Assembly: GCA_963765205.1 (NCBI GenBank)
Contig: CAVXVB010000009.1
Coordinates: 736,001 to 800,000, forward strand
Reading direction: 5' to 3'
Origin: an uncultured Verrucomicrobiae bacterium
GTDB lineage: Bacteria; Verrucomicrobiota; Verrucomicrobiia; Opitutales; JABDGR01
Length of the DNA stretch: 64,000 bases
Position numbers and translations under genes: made by a program. Below, piece by piece: positions 1 to 9,693 of the stretch (position 1 is the first letter of the stretch; each line of letters starts with the position of its first letter). The notes below the pieces were generated by a model. It saw nothing but the letters and a program-made list of their open reading frames with translations. It searched no databases and was not told the origin of the DNA.

Positions 1-719
1 AACGCCGCGCCGCCCGCCGCCAGCAAGAGCAACCCACACGTCACCGCATTCGTGCGGCTGATGGAAATCGGCACCGCCAGGGCGATGCCCACCGCCGCCG
101 CCACCGTCAAATACAAGGGCGCCTTGGATCGAGTCATGACGAGGCCCAGCAGCGCGGCCAGCGCGACGGGGTAAAACTCCGCCACGCCGGTTGAGAACGA
201 AAAGGTCCCGGACGGCCGGAATTTGCCGAGGGCGCCGGACATCCCCAACGTCTCCTGCCCGCCCACGGTATGGTTGATCCAGTGGCCTTGCGGCTTGACA
301 AATTGCACGACGCAAATGAGGGTTTCCGGAATCACAAACCAAAGCAAAAATTTGCCCAGGCGTTCGATATCTTCGCGTTCCAGTGTTTTTTCCATCACAA
401 ACATCAGGGGAAAATGGAGAAAGTAGCAGCGCAGGCCGATCAGCGTGACGGAGAGGTTGGCATCCGGCACCAGCAAACCACCGGCGAAACTGGCCGCCGC
501 CAGCAGAAAGCACGCCACGACATAACCGTTGACGATGAACCGCCCGCACGACGCGGCCACGAAATAAATGAGGATCACCAAGGGGTCGCGAATGATTAGC
601 AGCGGCGTGGACAGCCCCGGCAAAACCCATTTCCGCAGCGCGCCCTCCGTCAGCAGCAGCACCAGGTAGAGCCAGATCAGCCGCTTCAAAAATTTGACCT
701 CTTTGGATGACGCCGCCAT
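1..719 (-). CDS. Wzy/O-antigen-ligase-like multi-TM membrane protein (runs off window start)
   Basis: Manual translation from ATG at 719: MAASSKEVKFLKRLIWLYLVLLLTEGALRKWVLPGLSTPLLIIRDP...FRPSGTFSFSTG. Many hydrophobic helices. Absent from the ORF track because it is truncated. Confidence 0.7.
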   Translation of the reverse strand, partial: MAASSKEVKFLKRLIWLYLVLLLTEGALRKWVLPGLSTPLLIIRDPLVILIYFVAASCGRFIVNGYVVACFLLAAASFAGGLLVPDANLSVTLIGLRCYFLHFPLMFVMEKTLEREDIERLGKFLLWFVIPETLICVVQFVKPQGHWINHTVGGQETLGMSGALGKFRPSGTFSFSTGVAEFYPVALAALLGLVMTRSKAPLYLTVAAAVGIALAVPISISRTNAVTCGLLLLAAGGAA

Positions 720-846
720 GCAGAAGGTGGAGATTAAATGTTCGGGCGAGGGGCCGCCGGCTGGCCAAATATTTTTTCCTCTATTTGACTCTAAAGCGGC
801 CCGCGCGCTGCGGCCAGTCATAATTTTCCCGGTGGGTCGGCGGCCC

Positions 847-1902
847 TCAAGACGTGCCGCTGCGGCGCCGCGTTCCACCCACCCGCGAATTAACATACCT
901 TTGCAACACCGTTTCGCTCCAAGCGGACACCAGAAGGACGATCAACACATACCCGGCGATTTGCAGGCCGCGCCCGGGCAGAAACGCCAGGTAGTTCGCG
1001 GACACCGCCAGCGGATAGTGGAACGCATACAGGGCGTAGGAAATCGGCGCCGCCCAGGCGAAACACGCCGGAATGAATCTGAAACCCCTGAATTTTGCCG
1101 CCGACCACGCCAGTCCCACGACCAGAAAAATCCAACTGCTGGCAAATTGTCGCAGCACCGGATGACCGAGCAGGGCCAGGGCCTCGCCCCGCCCCCACCG
1201 CGCAGCACCCAGCCCCACGCAGAACCCTCCCAACGCCGCCACCGTCCGCCACTGGTTGACCAATCCCGGCCGCTGACCTTCGCCATACGTCCGCGCCATT
1301 TCCACCCCACACCACCAGATGATGAAATAAAGCAGAAACAGCGCCGCCTGGTTGGGCCAGAGGCAATAAAGCACGCCGCCGGCCGCCGACAACCCCGCCG
1401 CGACCGCCCATTGCGCGCCCGGCTTCACCCGGCGGTAAATCGGCCAAAACATCAGGTAGAACCACCACTCATAAGATAGCGACCACAGCGAGATATTGCC
1501 CCCATACGCGTCCACCCGCACGCCCGGCTTGAACCCATACGTGTCCTGGAGCATGAATATATTTCCCAGGAGGCCGGGCAGGTTCAAATTGAGCCAGCGG
1601 CCCGCACTCAGGCAATTGGCGGCATAGGTTGCCAGCAGCGCCAACAGATAGATCGGGTAGATTCTCTTTGCGCGGCGCTGGAAATAACCCTTGAACGTCG
1701 GGTCGGCATGCCGCGACTGTGAATAAAAAATTACAAATCCTGAGAGCAGAAAAAACAACATCACCACCTCGAAGCCCTGGTCAAACACCAGCCGCCAGGG
1801 CGAGGCGGGCGCCAGCAGGCGCCCCGTCAGGAGATGATCCGCAAACACATACAGCGCGGCAAACCCCCGCAGCCCTTCCAATTTGGCCAATTTATTTTTC
1901 AT
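847..1902 (-). CDS. Acyltransferase_3 (OafA-like O-acyltransferase)
   Basis: LEGLRGFAA, V-x-LFFLLSGF, RRAKRIYP and WSLSYEWWFY motifs. Confidence 0.9.
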   Translation of the reverse strand: MKNKLAKLEGLRGFAALYVFADHLLTGRLLAPASPWRLVFDQGFEVVMLFFLLSGFVIFYSQSRHADPTFKGYFQRRAKRIYPIYLLALLATYAANCLSAGRWLNLNLPGLLGNIFMLQDTYGFKPGVRVDAYGGNISLWSLSYEWWFYLMFWPIYRRVKPGAQWAVAAGLSAAGGVLYCLWPNQAALFLLYFIIWWCGVEMARTYGEGQRPGLVNQWRTVAALGGFCVGLGAARWGRGEALALLGHPVLRQFASSWIFLVVGLAWSAAKFRGFRFIPACFAWAAPISYALYAFHYPLAVSANYLAFLPGRGLQIAGYVLIVLLVSAWSETVLQRYVNSRVGGTRRRSGTS

Positions 1903-1924
1903 GCAACAATGGGCGGTCGTTCGG

Positions 1925-3190
1925 CTAATCCTCGGTTCCCTTCAGCGCCGCCAGCAAACTCCGCCGGTAGGCCGCCCAGGAAATTTCTGCGGCCCGGGCG
2001 CGGCAGGCGGCCCGCATGGCCGGCCACGCCGCGCGGTGGTCCCGCAGCCAGGCAATTTTTTCCGCCAGCGCCGCCGGGTCGCGGATGGGCACGAGAAACC
2101 CCGTTGCGCCCGGCGTAATCAAGTCCTCGCCCCCGGCGTTGCGCGTCACCAGCAGCGGCAACCCCCGGCTCAGCGCTTCGAGTTGGACAATCGCGCGCCC
2201 TTCGACCAGCGACGGCAGCACCAACGCGTCGCACGTCTCCATCAGCGCCAGCACCGCCTCGTTCGCGCGCGGGGCCTCAGCGGTGAAGGGCACCTGTTGG
2301 GCGCGGTAAAATTCCATCGGCGCGCAAGGCTGGCCCAGCAAGACCAATTCCACCGCGCGCGGGTCGTTGAGCAACCGCAGCGCCGCAAACACATCCGCCA
2401 ATCCCTTGCGCTGGCTCCACGCCCCCGCAAACAGCAACCGCAACGGACGTTGCGGGTCCGCCTCCCGGGGATCCCTTGCCGGGGCCACCGGCGGCGGCGC
2501 GCCATACGGCACCAGGTGGCACGGTTTGGCCGCGCGGATCTCTCCCGGCAGCGAATCCAACACGAATTGGCTCGGACACAGCACCACGCCGGCCAGAGCC
2601 AGCTCGCGCTCCTTGCGCGCCATTTTCTCGGGTGAATCGCGGTCGCCTTGCAGGGTCGGCGCCCACTCGGGCAGGCGCTCCGCCTCTTCCTGAAAAATCT
2701 TCCGTGCGAAAGGCCCGTAGGCAATGGGCAGGTGGTAGACGCCCGTCCACCCGGACGCTTGCGCGGCGGCCAGGGTGTGCTCCGCCCCATCCTCATACGT
2801 CAGCACCGCGCCCGGCGCGCCGCGCTGGCGCAAAATTTTCCGCGCCCCCGCGCGATCCAGCGCCTGAAACACCGCATCCACGCTGGCCCAGCCGGTTTCA
2901 TGTTTCGTCAACCCGGTCCAGCCCGCGCGCGCCGCGAGCAGGCGCACCAGGTCGCGCCCCGGCCAAGCCCGGATTAGATTTTTCGGCAAGGCGTAACTCC
3001 GCCGCCGCAGTTCGGCGCGCAGCCCCACCGGGCTGGGCCACTTCGCCCAAATGCTATCCCGGCTGAAACCCACGCCCGTCAAATACCGCGTCAACAGGCC
3101 CGCCTCGTGCAGCGCCTGCAAATCCTGGCGCACATACGTGTTGCCTGTGGGGTGAACCACGAGGAACGGCGCGTTGGCAGATGCGTTCAT
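1925..3190 (-). CDS. GT4 glycosyltransferase
   Basis: RKGL and PSLVEGRAIVQLEALSRGLP (EX7E) motifs. Confidence 0.9.
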   Translation of the reverse strand: MNASANAPFLVVHPTGNTYVRQDLQALHEAGLLTRYLTGVGFSRDSIWAKWPSPVGLRAELRRRSYALPKNLIRAWPGRDLVRLLAARAGWTGLTKHETGWASVDAVFQALDRAGARKILRQRGAPGAVLTYEDGAEHTLAAAQASGWTGVYHLPIAYGPFARKIFQEEAERLPEWAPTLQGDRDSPEKMARKERELALAGVVLCPSQFVLDSLPGEIRAAKPCHLVPYGAPPPVAPARDPREADPQRPLRLLFAGAWSQRKGLADVFAALRLLNDPRAVELVLLGQPCAPMEFYRAQQVPFTAEAPRANEAVLALMETCDALVLPSLVEGRAIVQLEALSRGLPLLVTRNAGGEDLITPGATGFLVPIRDPAALAEKIAWLRDHRAAWPAMRAACRARAAEISWAAYRRSLLAALKGTED

Positions 3191-4257
3191 GTATCTTGTT
3201 TTCTACTCATCAATTGACGGTAGAGCGCGTGGTAATCGCTCAACGGCCGCAGAAATTCCCGCAATTGCGCCTGGCCGGCCAGCGCGCGGCGGCGGTATTC
3301 CTCCTCGGGCATCGCGGCGGCTTCTTCGAGGCGCGCGCGCAAACCGGCCACGTCGCCCGGCGCGGCCACCAGCGCCTCCGGCCCCGCCGCTTCGGGTAGT
3401 CCTCCGTCGCGCGTGATGATGGACGGCACGGCCAGATGACGCGCCTCGATCGGTGTCAGCCCCAAATCCTCGCGCGTGTGCGGCGGCGCCACATTCCATT
3501 TCGCACGGCTCATTTGCAAAAATTTTTCCTCATCACTGATGAAGCCGGGCAACCGCACGGTTGCCAATTTGCGACGTTTCAAAAACTCTTCCACCCGCGG
3601 GCGCAGCGGCCCATCACCCGCCAGCGTCAGCGGCCAGCGTGCGCGGTCGAGGTTCGCCGTCGCATAGGCTTCGAGCAATTCCTCGAGGCCTTTGTTGGCT
3701 ATCCAGCGGCCAATGAAAAAAAATCCCGCCCGGTCCCAATGCACCGGCGGCGCGGGCGGCAGGCTGGAGACCGCCGGCATGACCTGGCTGTGCCGCCGCA
3801 GCCCCGCCGGCTCCCAGGTGCGGCGCACAAAATCCGAGATGTAGCACCGCTCGTCCGACATGCGCACGGCGAGGCTCCACAGCCGCGTGTGCAGCGAACG
3901 CGCCTCGCTCTGGTGGTTGATGATCGTCATCACCAGGGGCCGCCCCAACCAACGCGCCCCCAGCGCAATGTCCGGCGACGGGTTTTGCGTGTGAATTATG
4001 TCCGCCCAGCGAAGATTTTTATACAAGGCCACGCTGGCGCGCGGCACGACCCGATAATCCACGCCGGCCTTTTCGCACCGACCGCGCAGTTCCCCGCTGA
4101 ACGTCGCGCCGCGCACCAGCTTGAAGCACAGCCGCGGCGCAAAATCCGCCGCCGCCCGCAGACTTTCGCCCAGGGCGAGCACAAAGGCTTCGAGGCCGCC
4201 GAAGCGTCCCTGCGAAGGCGCGACTATCAACACGCGCAACGGGGCGGGTTTGCTCAT
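3187..4257 (-). CDS. GT4 glycosyltransferase
   Basis: GRWIANKG and EDLGLTPIEA motifs; overlaps neighbouring genes. Confidence 0.9.
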   Translation of the reverse strand: MSKPAPLRVLIVAPSQGRFGGLEAFVLALGESLRAAADFAPRLCFKLVRGATFSGELRGRCEKAGVDYRVVPRASVALYKNLRWADIIHTQNPSPDIALGARWLGRPLVMTIINHQSEARSLHTRLWSLAVRMSDERCYISDFVRRTWEPAGLRRHSQVMPAVSSLPPAPPVHWDRAGFFFIGRWIANKGLEELLEAYATANLDRARWPLTLAGDGPLRPRVEEFLKRRKLATVRLPGFISDEEKFLQMSRAKWNVAPPHTREDLGLTPIEARHLAVPSIITRDGGLPEAAGPEALVAAPGDVAGLRARLEEAAAMPEEEYRRRALAGQAQLREFLRPLSDYHALYRQLMSRKQDT

Positions 4258-5414
4258 CAGCGAGTGGCGGGCGCATTTTCCAGCGCCGATAGAAAGGTGC
4301 GGGCCATGACCGCCGGATCAAGAAACGACGGGCAGGGCACCCGGTCTGGGGTGATTGGCCAAGGCAGCGGCGCATCCGCGTCGGCGAGCAGCAAACCCGG
4401 ATCGGGCCAAGGGGGCAACCGGGTGGCGTCGGTGGCGCCTGCGCGGGTCACCAGCACCGGCACGCCCAACGCGCGCCATGCCGCCACCGCGCTGCTTTTT
4501 TCGATGATGTCCAAGGGCGTGCTGGTGAACGCCACATCACAGGACTGCAATGCCACGGGGACCTCGTCTTCCGCCAGTTCGCCCAGGACATGAAAATCCG
4601 CGTTGGGCACGGTCCGGGCGGCGTCGACGAACGCGGCTGGCGCCGCCGCCGCCCTACCCAGCGCCAAAAAGCAAATCCGCCGGCCCGCCAAATTCGGATT
4701 GGCCGCAACTTTGGCGGCAAAGGCGGTAAAATCCCAAGCTTGGGTGTGAAACGAACCAAAATGCCCCAGCCACAGCGCCGCCGCATCAATGCTTTGCCCT
4801 TTCCGCCGCAAGATTTTGGCCACCGCCGCGCGCGCGTTCGAATGCGAGAATTCCGTGGAAGGGAAATTCGTGCAGATGGGAAGCAATTTGGCGGTGACAC
4901 CGCGCGCCTGCAGCCGTTTTTGGTACAGGCGCGCCTGCGTATGCACCACCGCCGGTTGCCAGCCCCATCCGGTCCAGGCGTCCACGCTCCGGCGTTGGGC
5001 CCAGCCGAGCGCGCGGTGCCGCCAGGGGCCATCGCGGCCCGGTTGCAGCCAGATTTCATGCAGCATGAGGTGCCGCCGGGTTTTCGCCGGCAGCAGCTCG
5101 CGCAACCACGCCGCGCGCCGCCCGCCCAGACCCCGCGGATGAAACCCATAGGGCGTGAATTGCACGCTGGCCCAATCCGGTTGAAATTCCCGCAGCCAGG
5201 CTCCCAACGCGCGCGCTTCGCCGGGCCGCCGGAAGATGTCATGCAACCGCCATTCCCCGACCCGCGCCGACCCTGCGCCGCACGCGGCGTCCCGCACCGA
5301 GACCAGCCGTGTCTCATGGCCAGCAGCAGCGCATTTCTGCGCCAATAAACGGGCATAATCCCCCACGCCGTCGCGGCCGGGTTCGAGGCCCGAACATAAA
5401 AACAACAAACGCAT
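4257..5414 (-). CDS. GT4-like glycosyltransferase (divergent)
   Basis: MRLLFLC...DGVGDY N-terminus, KSSAVAA..ALGVPV C-terminus; start taken at ATG 5414. Confidence 0.75.
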   Translation of the reverse strand: MRLLFLCSGLEPGRDGVGDYARLLAQKCAAAGHETRLVSVRDAACGAGSARVGEWRLHDIFRRPGEARALGAWLREFQPDWASVQFTPYGFHPRGLGGRRAAWLRELLPAKTRRHLMLHEIWLQPGRDGPWRHRALGWAQRRSVDAWTGWGWQPAVVHTQARLYQKRLQARGVTAKLLPICTNFPSTEFSHSNARAAVAKILRRKGQSIDAAALWLGHFGSFHTQAWDFTAFAAKVAANPNLAGRRICFLALGRAAAAPAAFVDAARTVPNADFHVLGELAEDEVPVALQSCDVAFTSTPLDIIEKSSAVAAWRALGVPVLVTRAGATDATRLPPWPDPGLLLADADAPLPWPITPDRVPCPSFLDPAVMARTFLSALENAPATR

Positions 5415-5442
5415 AAGGGAATGGTGTGCGCCTCGGCCCACT

Positions 5443-6459
5443 TTACCAGCCGAGATTGCGGCGAATTCGGTGAATGATTCTTTGATGCAGACTCCACCCG
5501 TGGCGGCGGAAAAATGCCGGACTGCGCCAGAGATGGGAAAAATTCGGTGGCGACAAGAAGCGGCGGCGTTGGCTCAAATCGTGGATGGCCGCCAACTGAC
5601 GGCCCAGAACAACCTCCGGACTGAACCAAGACGCCCACGCAGCGCGAGCTTTGCGGCCCATGATAGGAGCGCTCCCAACCAATTCTTGCAGCAGCGAGGG
5701 GATGCGCTCCAGCGTATCTTCGGCCAAGCGGATCGAAAACGAGTCCCAATCGGGCCCCGCCGGGGGCACCCAGTCGTCCGCCAAAATGACCGGCACGCGG
5801 CCCAGGCGCATGACTTCATAGAGGCGATGACTGCTGGTCGCCAGGCCGCGGGGGCACAGGGCGAATGCGCTATCCACAATTTCCTGCAAATAGGAACGTT
5901 GTTCAGCCTCATCATGGTTAAACCAGCGGTCCACCCATGTTACCGGATATTTCCGGTCCGACACGTCGCCCAGGGCCAAGAGGCGGTGGCGCAGCGGGTG
6001 GCTCATCGCGCCGCGGAAGCAAAAAAGATGCGCCGGATTCCAGGGGCGGTTCTCATATTCGGTGATGAAGGGATTGGGATTGCCCAGATAGTAGGCGCCC
6101 GCCCGCGACCAGTCTGCCTGGTGTTGGGCGCGTGGCAACGAGGTGTAAACCCCGGGGAAAAAATCCACGGGATTCGCCCGATAATTGAGGGTATAACATT
6201 TTTCCGGGTAAGCCCGCACCAATTCCATGTCAAGCAAGGCGGGGATGTGCCGCCAGTTCTTGAAATTATTGGATTCAAGGAAAACGATGAAGTCGGTGTG
6301 GGCCGCATCTGCGGCCAAGGTGAATTCCCCTCCAGCCGCGCGGATGATATTCTCCTGCCGACGCAGATTATCCACCCCCTCCCAAACCTGCTGCGTCTCA
6401 TTCAACAAGGCTAGATAGACGACCGGTCGGGTCTTTGCGCGCTCTGGCACACTTGACAT
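5443..6459 (-). CDS. Exostosin-family (GT47) glycosyltransferase
   Basis: SAFALCPRG..SSHRLYEVMRLGRVPVILAD, the GT47 signature. Confidence 0.85.
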   Translation of the reverse strand: MSSVPERAKTRPVVYLALLNETQQVWEGVDNLRRQENIIRAAGGEFTLAADAAHTDFIVFLESNNFKNWRHIPALLDMELVRAYPEKCYTLNYRANPVDFFPGVYTSLPRAQHQADWSRAGAYYLGNPNPFITEYENRPWNPAHLFCFRGAMSHPLRHRLLALGDVSDRKYPVTWVDRWFNHDEAEQRSYLQEIVDSAFALCPRGLATSSHRLYEVMRLGRVPVILADDWVPPAGPDWDSFSIRLAEDTLERIPSLLQELVGSAPIMGRKARAAWASWFSPEVVLGRQLAAIHDLSQRRRFLSPPNFSHLWRSPAFFRRHGWSLHQRIIHRIRRNLGW

Positions 6460-6525
6460 ATTGACGTAGAATGAAGAACAGGCCTTTCAAAAGCCCCGAA
6501 CAGAAGAAAATTGAATTATGCCCAT

Positions 6526-7785
6526 TTAGCCCGCAGTGGCAACGCCCAGCAGTTCATCCATTTTTTGGAGATTGAGGGTGATGGGGGCGTGGCGGTCGGC
6601 AAGATACTTCTCCGGTGAAACAGGGATGGCGCCTTCGCCGAAGGCGGCGTAATAAGACAGGCCGTGGTGGCTGCAAAGCTCCCAGAAAAAGGGGGGAAAA
6701 TAGGAAGGGGAGAAAATTTCCACCACCTTGGCTCCCGGCGGGGCGAAAACGAGATTGGCCAAGCCAGCTCCGTGCGGGGCCACGATGAGTTCGGCGTGGG
6801 CAAAGAGGCTGAGTTGCTCGCTCCAAGCCAGGGCGGCGGGATCCACAATGGTCACCCGGTGGCGGTCCAACAGCGGGCACAATTCGGCAAAATTCGTAAT
6901 CTGCCCGCCGCGCACATTTTGCCGCGAAACAAAGATACGCCGCGGGTGATCGGCGTTTCGTTTGGCATGGGGCAGGTATTCCCGACGCAGCGAGGCCAAG
7001 GCCCAGGGTTGGTTGTGAAACACGGTTTGCGTAAAGGACGGGCAGGCCAGCAGGCCCGCCCTTAGATGCAGGCCTTCCCTGGTCGCTCGGATTTGCTCCG
7101 GACGCAGCCCGGCCAGGGCCAGCGAGGCGGTTTGGTAGGCATGGCCCGCCAAGTCGAAAAGGAAGGTGTCATATTGAGCGTAGTCAGGCGTGTGATGCTT
7201 GAGCAGCAGCAATCGGGGCAGACAGTCCAACAACCAATGGGCATAACTATGGCGGGTATACGGCGTGGCGACCACGGCGACGCGGCCCGCCCGATTTTCG
7301 AGCGGAGGCCAGCGCAGATGATGCATAAGGCTATGCGGCGCGGCCAGCCCTCCCTCGTCTTGGGAAAGGTCGCCGAGCAGCGTGCCGCTTTGCGAAATCA
7401 CCCCAAATCCCCGCCAGACGGCGAAGCGGGCCTTGGGCAACTCGGCAATAAATGCGCCGGGCACGCGGTGCGCGGGCTTGGCGAAGGCCCAGCAATCCGC
7501 AGCCGCCCCGCCGAGCGGGGGATGCAAATCGAGAACCATTTCAGGATAAATCTGCCGCAGACGGCCGTCGGCGGGATGGTTGGCCAGCCATACGGCCGTG
7601 CCGGCCGCCATGGTCCTCGGCAAATACGGGAACCCATGACGCAGGACCGGCCAGCCGGCCACGGCCGAAAGCGCCGGACGGATCGAGCGCGACCATTGCT
7701 GGACCAGGCGATGACCGGCTTGGGCGGAGGCTGAAGTCATGGTGAAATCTTTAACGGTTGGCCACTTTTTACGAGCGATACGCAT
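6526..7785 (-). CDS. GT61 (DUF563) glycosyltransferase
   Basis: YAHWLLDCLPRL, RRIFVSR and IVAPHGAGLANL motifs; true start may be 7740. Confidence 0.9.
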   Translation of the reverse strand: MRIARKKWPTVKDFTMTSASAQAGHRLVQQWSRSIRPALSAVAGWPVLRHGFPYLPRTMAAGTAVWLANHPADGRLRQIYPEMVLDLHPPLGGAAADCWAFAKPAHRVPGAFIAELPKARFAVWRGFGVISQSGTLLGDLSQDEGGLAAPHSLMHHLRWPPLENRAGRVAVVATPYTRHSYAHWLLDCLPRLLLLKHHTPDYAQYDTFLFDLAGHAYQTASLALAGLRPEQIRATREGLHLRAGLLACPSFTQTVFHNQPWALASLRREYLPHAKRNADHPRRIFVSRQNVRGGQITNFAELCPLLDRHRVTIVDPAALAWSEQLSLFAHAELIVAPHGAGLANLVFAPPGAKVVEIFSPSYFPPFFWELCSHHGLSYYAAFGEGAIPVSPEKYLADRHAPITLNLQKMDELLGVATAG

Positions 7786-8680
7786 CGTCGGTCGCGGCCA
7801 GGCGCATCAATTTCCGGCGGTGGAGCACATTTTGCGAGTAGCGCAGAAATGTCAGGCGCGGCGCGCGTTCCGGCCGCAATTCCACCGGCGGCGCGCCGGG
7901 CGCGGGCACCCCGGCCGGCAGATGGTCCGCTTGCGCCCGCATGCGCTTTTTATAAACATCCGGGTAGTGGACGATGACCGCGCGCGCGTCCACCGTGTAG
8001 CCGGGGCACGCCTGCACCAGTTGGCGCGGGTCCACATAATAGACATCTTGGCCCCGGCTCATCGCGGCCCAGGCGAGCTGCTCGATCACGGTCCAATACC
8101 GCCAGAAATCCGGCTCGCTATAAACCCACTCGAGATAATCCAGGTCGTAGCGCGCGGGCGGGTAATTATAAAAGCCGAGATTGGCCGCAAACGGCAGCGG
8201 CAGGCGCGTGCGCCAGCGCAGCCATTCGCGCCAGCCGATTGAATACGACATCTGGCTGTCGCGCGCGAACAGCGCGGCCTCCGGCGGCAGCGCCCGCAGC
8301 GCCCGCCACGAAAACCGCTGGAAATACAACACATCGGAATCAATGTAGAAAAACCGCCCCGCTTCCGCATACAGGTGCAGCGGAATGTCAAAAATCTTCA
8401 GCCCCATCGGCGTCAGCGCGCGGAAATTGCGCAGGTTGGGCTGGCGTGCCAGCCCAACCAGCGTCACCGGGTTGTAATCGCGGAAAAACCAGATCCGCAC
8501 GCCGGGCAGCGCCGCGCGCAACGCCTCCGCCGTCGCCGGCGTCAGCGAACCATCCTCGAACAAATGCAATTGCACCGGCTCGGCGCTATAACGCAGCAGC
8601 CCGCCAAAGGATTGCAGGCACAAGTCGCGGTGCGCCTCGCAGATCAGGCTGGCGACGATGACGGGTGGTTCGGTGGACAT
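7769..8680 (-). CDS. GT-A fold glycosyltransferase-like protein
   Basis: YIDSDVLYF (DxD), N-x-G and IEQ motifs. Confidence 0.65.
   Translation of the reverse strand: MSTEPPVIVASLICEAHRDLCLQSFGGLLRYSAEPVQLHLFEDGSLTPATAEALRAALPGVRIWFFRDYNPVTLVGLARQPNLRNFRALTPMGLKIFDIPLHLYAEAGRFFYIDSDVLYFQRFSWRALRALPPEAALFARDSQMSYSIGWREWLRWRTRLPLPFAANLGFYNYPPARYDLDYLEWVYSEPDFWRYWTVIEQLAWAAMSRGQDVYYVDPRQLVQACPGYTVDARAVIVHYPDVYKKRMRAQADHLPAGVPAPGAPPVELRPERAPRLTFLRYSQNVLHRRKLMRLAATDDAYRS
8593..8680 (-). repeat. 88-bp direct repeat copy A (5' end of the GT at 7769-8680)
   Basis: Matches 9516-9603 with 6 mismatches by manual alignment. Confidence 0.9.
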
Positions 8681-8722
8681 AAAATTCAAGCTACGGTTTT
8701 GGCATGTTCACTGTGGCTCAAT

Positions 8723-9481
8723 TTAAAAAGCATGGTGGTCCCGCCAATCGCGCTGATCATCGCCGATCTTTTCCAAAATGACCAGATTAGCAGCGTTGAA
8801 TTCATGCCAGGGCCGGGCCACTTCCGGCGCGAGCCAGCGGGACGCGGCCGGCAGGCGCCGCGCAACGGCGGCAAGGCCGGACAGGAATTGTTGCCTGGGC
8901 GACCAAGGTGAGCCCAACGGACTGGCCGGATGGATGCGATAGGCGCGGTTGGCGAGAATATAGCGAACCACTTTCCGCAGCGAAGGCATCCACAGATCAT
9001 GAAAGGCCACGGTGCCACCGACCACAAGCCGCTTATCCACCAAAACAAAGTCGAGGATGCTCAGGTCAAACAGATGCGATGCGTCAATAAAAGCGAATTG
9101 CAGCGGCGGAAATTGAGAAAACACTTCCTCGGGGTATTTTTTATAAAACTCCAGATATTTATTGAGGCGCGCGCGGTGCACGTGGACGAGTCCCAGATCG
9201 CCGACAAAACTTGACTGATGCGGATCGCAGACATAATGCCGGCCGCGGCCATTGGCCGCAAGCGCACCGAGGATGGCCAGCCCGGAAACACCCAGCGCGA
9301 AGCCGATTTCCGCAGTCGCGGCAGGTTGCGTGGCCCGCACCAAATTATACAACACGAGCGCTTCCGCCACGGAGATGCTAGAATGCAGAGTCTGCGCAAC
9401 GCCCGTCGCATCGCGATAGATATTGGTCTCCAGCATTTCCCGCAAGACGGGCGGGAGGTCATTAAGGCGGTATTGTTGCAT
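8723..9481 (-). CDS. Class I SAM methyltransferase (Methyltransf_24-like)
   Basis: EIGFALGVS, FAFIDASH and GGTVAFHD motifs; start at ATG 9481 (MQQYRL). Confidence 0.85.
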   Translation of the reverse strand: MQQYRLNDLPPVLREMLETNIYRDATGVAQTLHSSISVAEALVLYNLVRATQPAATAEIGFALGVSGLAILGALAANGRGRHYVCDPHQSSFVGDLGLVHVHRARLNKYLEFYKKYPEEVFSQFPPLQFAFIDASHLFDLSILDFVLVDKRLVVGGTVAFHDLWMPSLRKVVRYILANRAYRIHPASPLGSPWSPRQQFLSGLAAVARRLPAASRWLAPEVARPWHEFNAANLVILEKIGDDQRDWRDHHAF

Positions 9482-9515
9482 CGCGTTTTCGGTTGAAGCA
9501 TCTAAACTCAATGCG

Positions 9516-9603
9516 GCAGCAGGCCGCCAAAGGATTGCAGGCACAAGTCGCGGTGCGCCTCGCAAATCAGGCTGGCGACAATGACGGATGGTTCGGCGGC
9601 CAT
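9516..9603 (-). repeat. 88-bp direct repeat copy B; truncated duplicate gene start
   Basis: Encodes MAAEPSVIVASLICEAHRDLCLQSFGGLL, versus MSTEPPVIVASLICEAHRDLCLQSFGGLL in copy A. Confidence 0.9.
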
Positions 9604-9693
9604 GAGAAAAGGATTGGCAATCAAAAGTAACGTTTCGAAGGTGACCGGAGTGGGCGGGCGTGCAAGTTATTACTCACCCAGCGGTTTCCATGC

